Positions 62,993 through 64,000 of a stretch of 64,000 nt of DNA are shown one piece after another; the first letter of the stretch is position 1, and every line of letters begins with the position of its first letter. Source of the stretch: an uncultured Nitrososphaerota archaeon. Lineage in GTDB: Archaea; Thermoproteota; Nitrososphaeria; Nitrososphaerales; Nitrosopumilaceae. Made by a program: the position numbers and the translations under genes. The stretch is taken from positions 576,001 through 640,000 of the forward strand of contig OY969559.1 in assembly GCA_963701075.1 (NCBI GenBank), in the 5' to 3' direction. The notes beneath the pieces are model-generated. The model was not told the DNA's origin, ran no database searches, and saw only the letters and a program-made list of their open reading frames with translations.

Positions 62993-63992
62993 ATGTATCA
63001 GCGAAATATCTCGTGGGTTGATCCCTATACAAATGAACCACTCATAGAAGAAAATGGTTTTCTAATTAGCACAACTGGAAAATATCCACTTTATGACGGA
63101 ATCCCAAATTTTGTTAGAAAATTAGATAATCCATTACAAGAACAAGTTCAACAATCATTTGGTAATAAATGGACTAAAAGTGACTTTGGTCAGGATGATC
63201 ATGATTTTGAAAAAATAAAAAACCCAATGCTTCAAATGATGGGTTTAAGTGAAAGTGATCTCTCTATATTTCAAAATAAAATTGTTCTAGATACAGGAAT
63301 AGGTAGTGGCTCATCGGCTAGGCTGTGGGCCCAAAAATCTAAAGAATTTCATGGAATAGATATCTCCAAAGCTGTTTATCGAGCCAAAAATGCATTAAAA
63401 TCATCTGGGAAAGAACCTGTTCTGTCACAGGCAGATCTTAATGCGCTTCCATACTTAGATGATAGTTTTGATGTGATAGTAAGCAATGGGGTTTTTCATC
63501 ATACTCCAGACACAAAAGTTGCTCTCAAAAATTGCATCAAGAAATTAAAAACAGGCGGATTGTGTCTATTCTATATTTACAAGAAAAAAGTCTCCGTTGC
63601 GAGAATTTGCTGACGATTACATTAGAGATAGAATAAGCGATCTCTCGTATGATTCTGCAATGAAGGCAATGGAACCAATTACGGATTTTGCTAAATCATT
63701 ACATGAACAATCGATAAAAATACAAATTCCCAATGACCTAGAAATACTTGGTATCAAAAAAGGAGAATATGATCTTCAGCGTTTCATCTATCAATTTTTC
63801 TTTAAATGCTTCTGGAATGAATCATGGGGTTTTGAATATTCTAACCTGACAAATTATGATTGGTATCATCCAAAATTTGCCTGGAGACACACTAAGACAG
63901 AAATCCAAGACTGGTGTAAGGAATTTAATTTACAGACAGAGTATATTAAAGAAACTGAATCAGGGTACACATGTTTAGTAAAAAAGACCTAG
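62993..63992 (+). CDS. Class I SAM methyltransferase with Trm112-like N-terminal segment (split by +1 indel at 63591)
   Basis: YPLYDGIPNF, VLDTGIGSG, GIDIS, LPYLDDSFD, GVFHHTPD; restored KKKAPLREF. Confidence 0.88.
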
Positions 63993-64000
63993 AAACTCTA

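Noticed and set aside
1095-63992. Mass pseudogenisation or programmed frameshifting of ade, thrC, dnaK, gatD, cdc48, ncsA and others
   Set aside because: Each gene has a single indel with otherwise intact motifs, several are essential, the breaks share the AGCT context, and one falls in a non-coding RNA; sequencing error is more parsimonious
1-64000. CRISPR array or rRNA genes
   Set aside because: No regularly spaced direct repeats or rRNA-like sequence found by eye

Overview
Core-genome segment of an ammonia-oxidising archaeon. The gene set (thermosome, tiaS, csl4, dph2, gatDE, cdc48, tes, dnaKJ-grpE, class II HMG-CoA reductase, IPxWIK-repeat secreted protein) points to Nitrososphaerota/Thaumarchaeota; the genus cannot be fixed from this window. 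Contents: the edge of an AT-rich HNH region, ade, thermosome, a small accessory block of Cys-rich micro-proteins after guaA, folate/purine genes, a his operon, thrC plus a Ubl-E1 fusion, chaperones, and the start of a surface-glycan locus. RNA genes: a two-intron initiator tRNA-Met, tRNA-Leu(CAG), SRP RNA and a C/D-box guide sRNA. Two signals stand out. (1) A perfect 49-bp inverted repeat (62088-62136 / 62825-62873) brackets a glycan acyltransferase gene and supplies its stop codon, within a cluster of palindromes; this is a candidate invertible cassette. (2) About 14 single-base indels fall inside or beside AGCT (nine read AG[T/A]CT). These are most simply base-calling errors at a modified AGCT motif, so the split genes are probably intact. 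No CRISPR array, rRNA, transposase or recombinase was seen.
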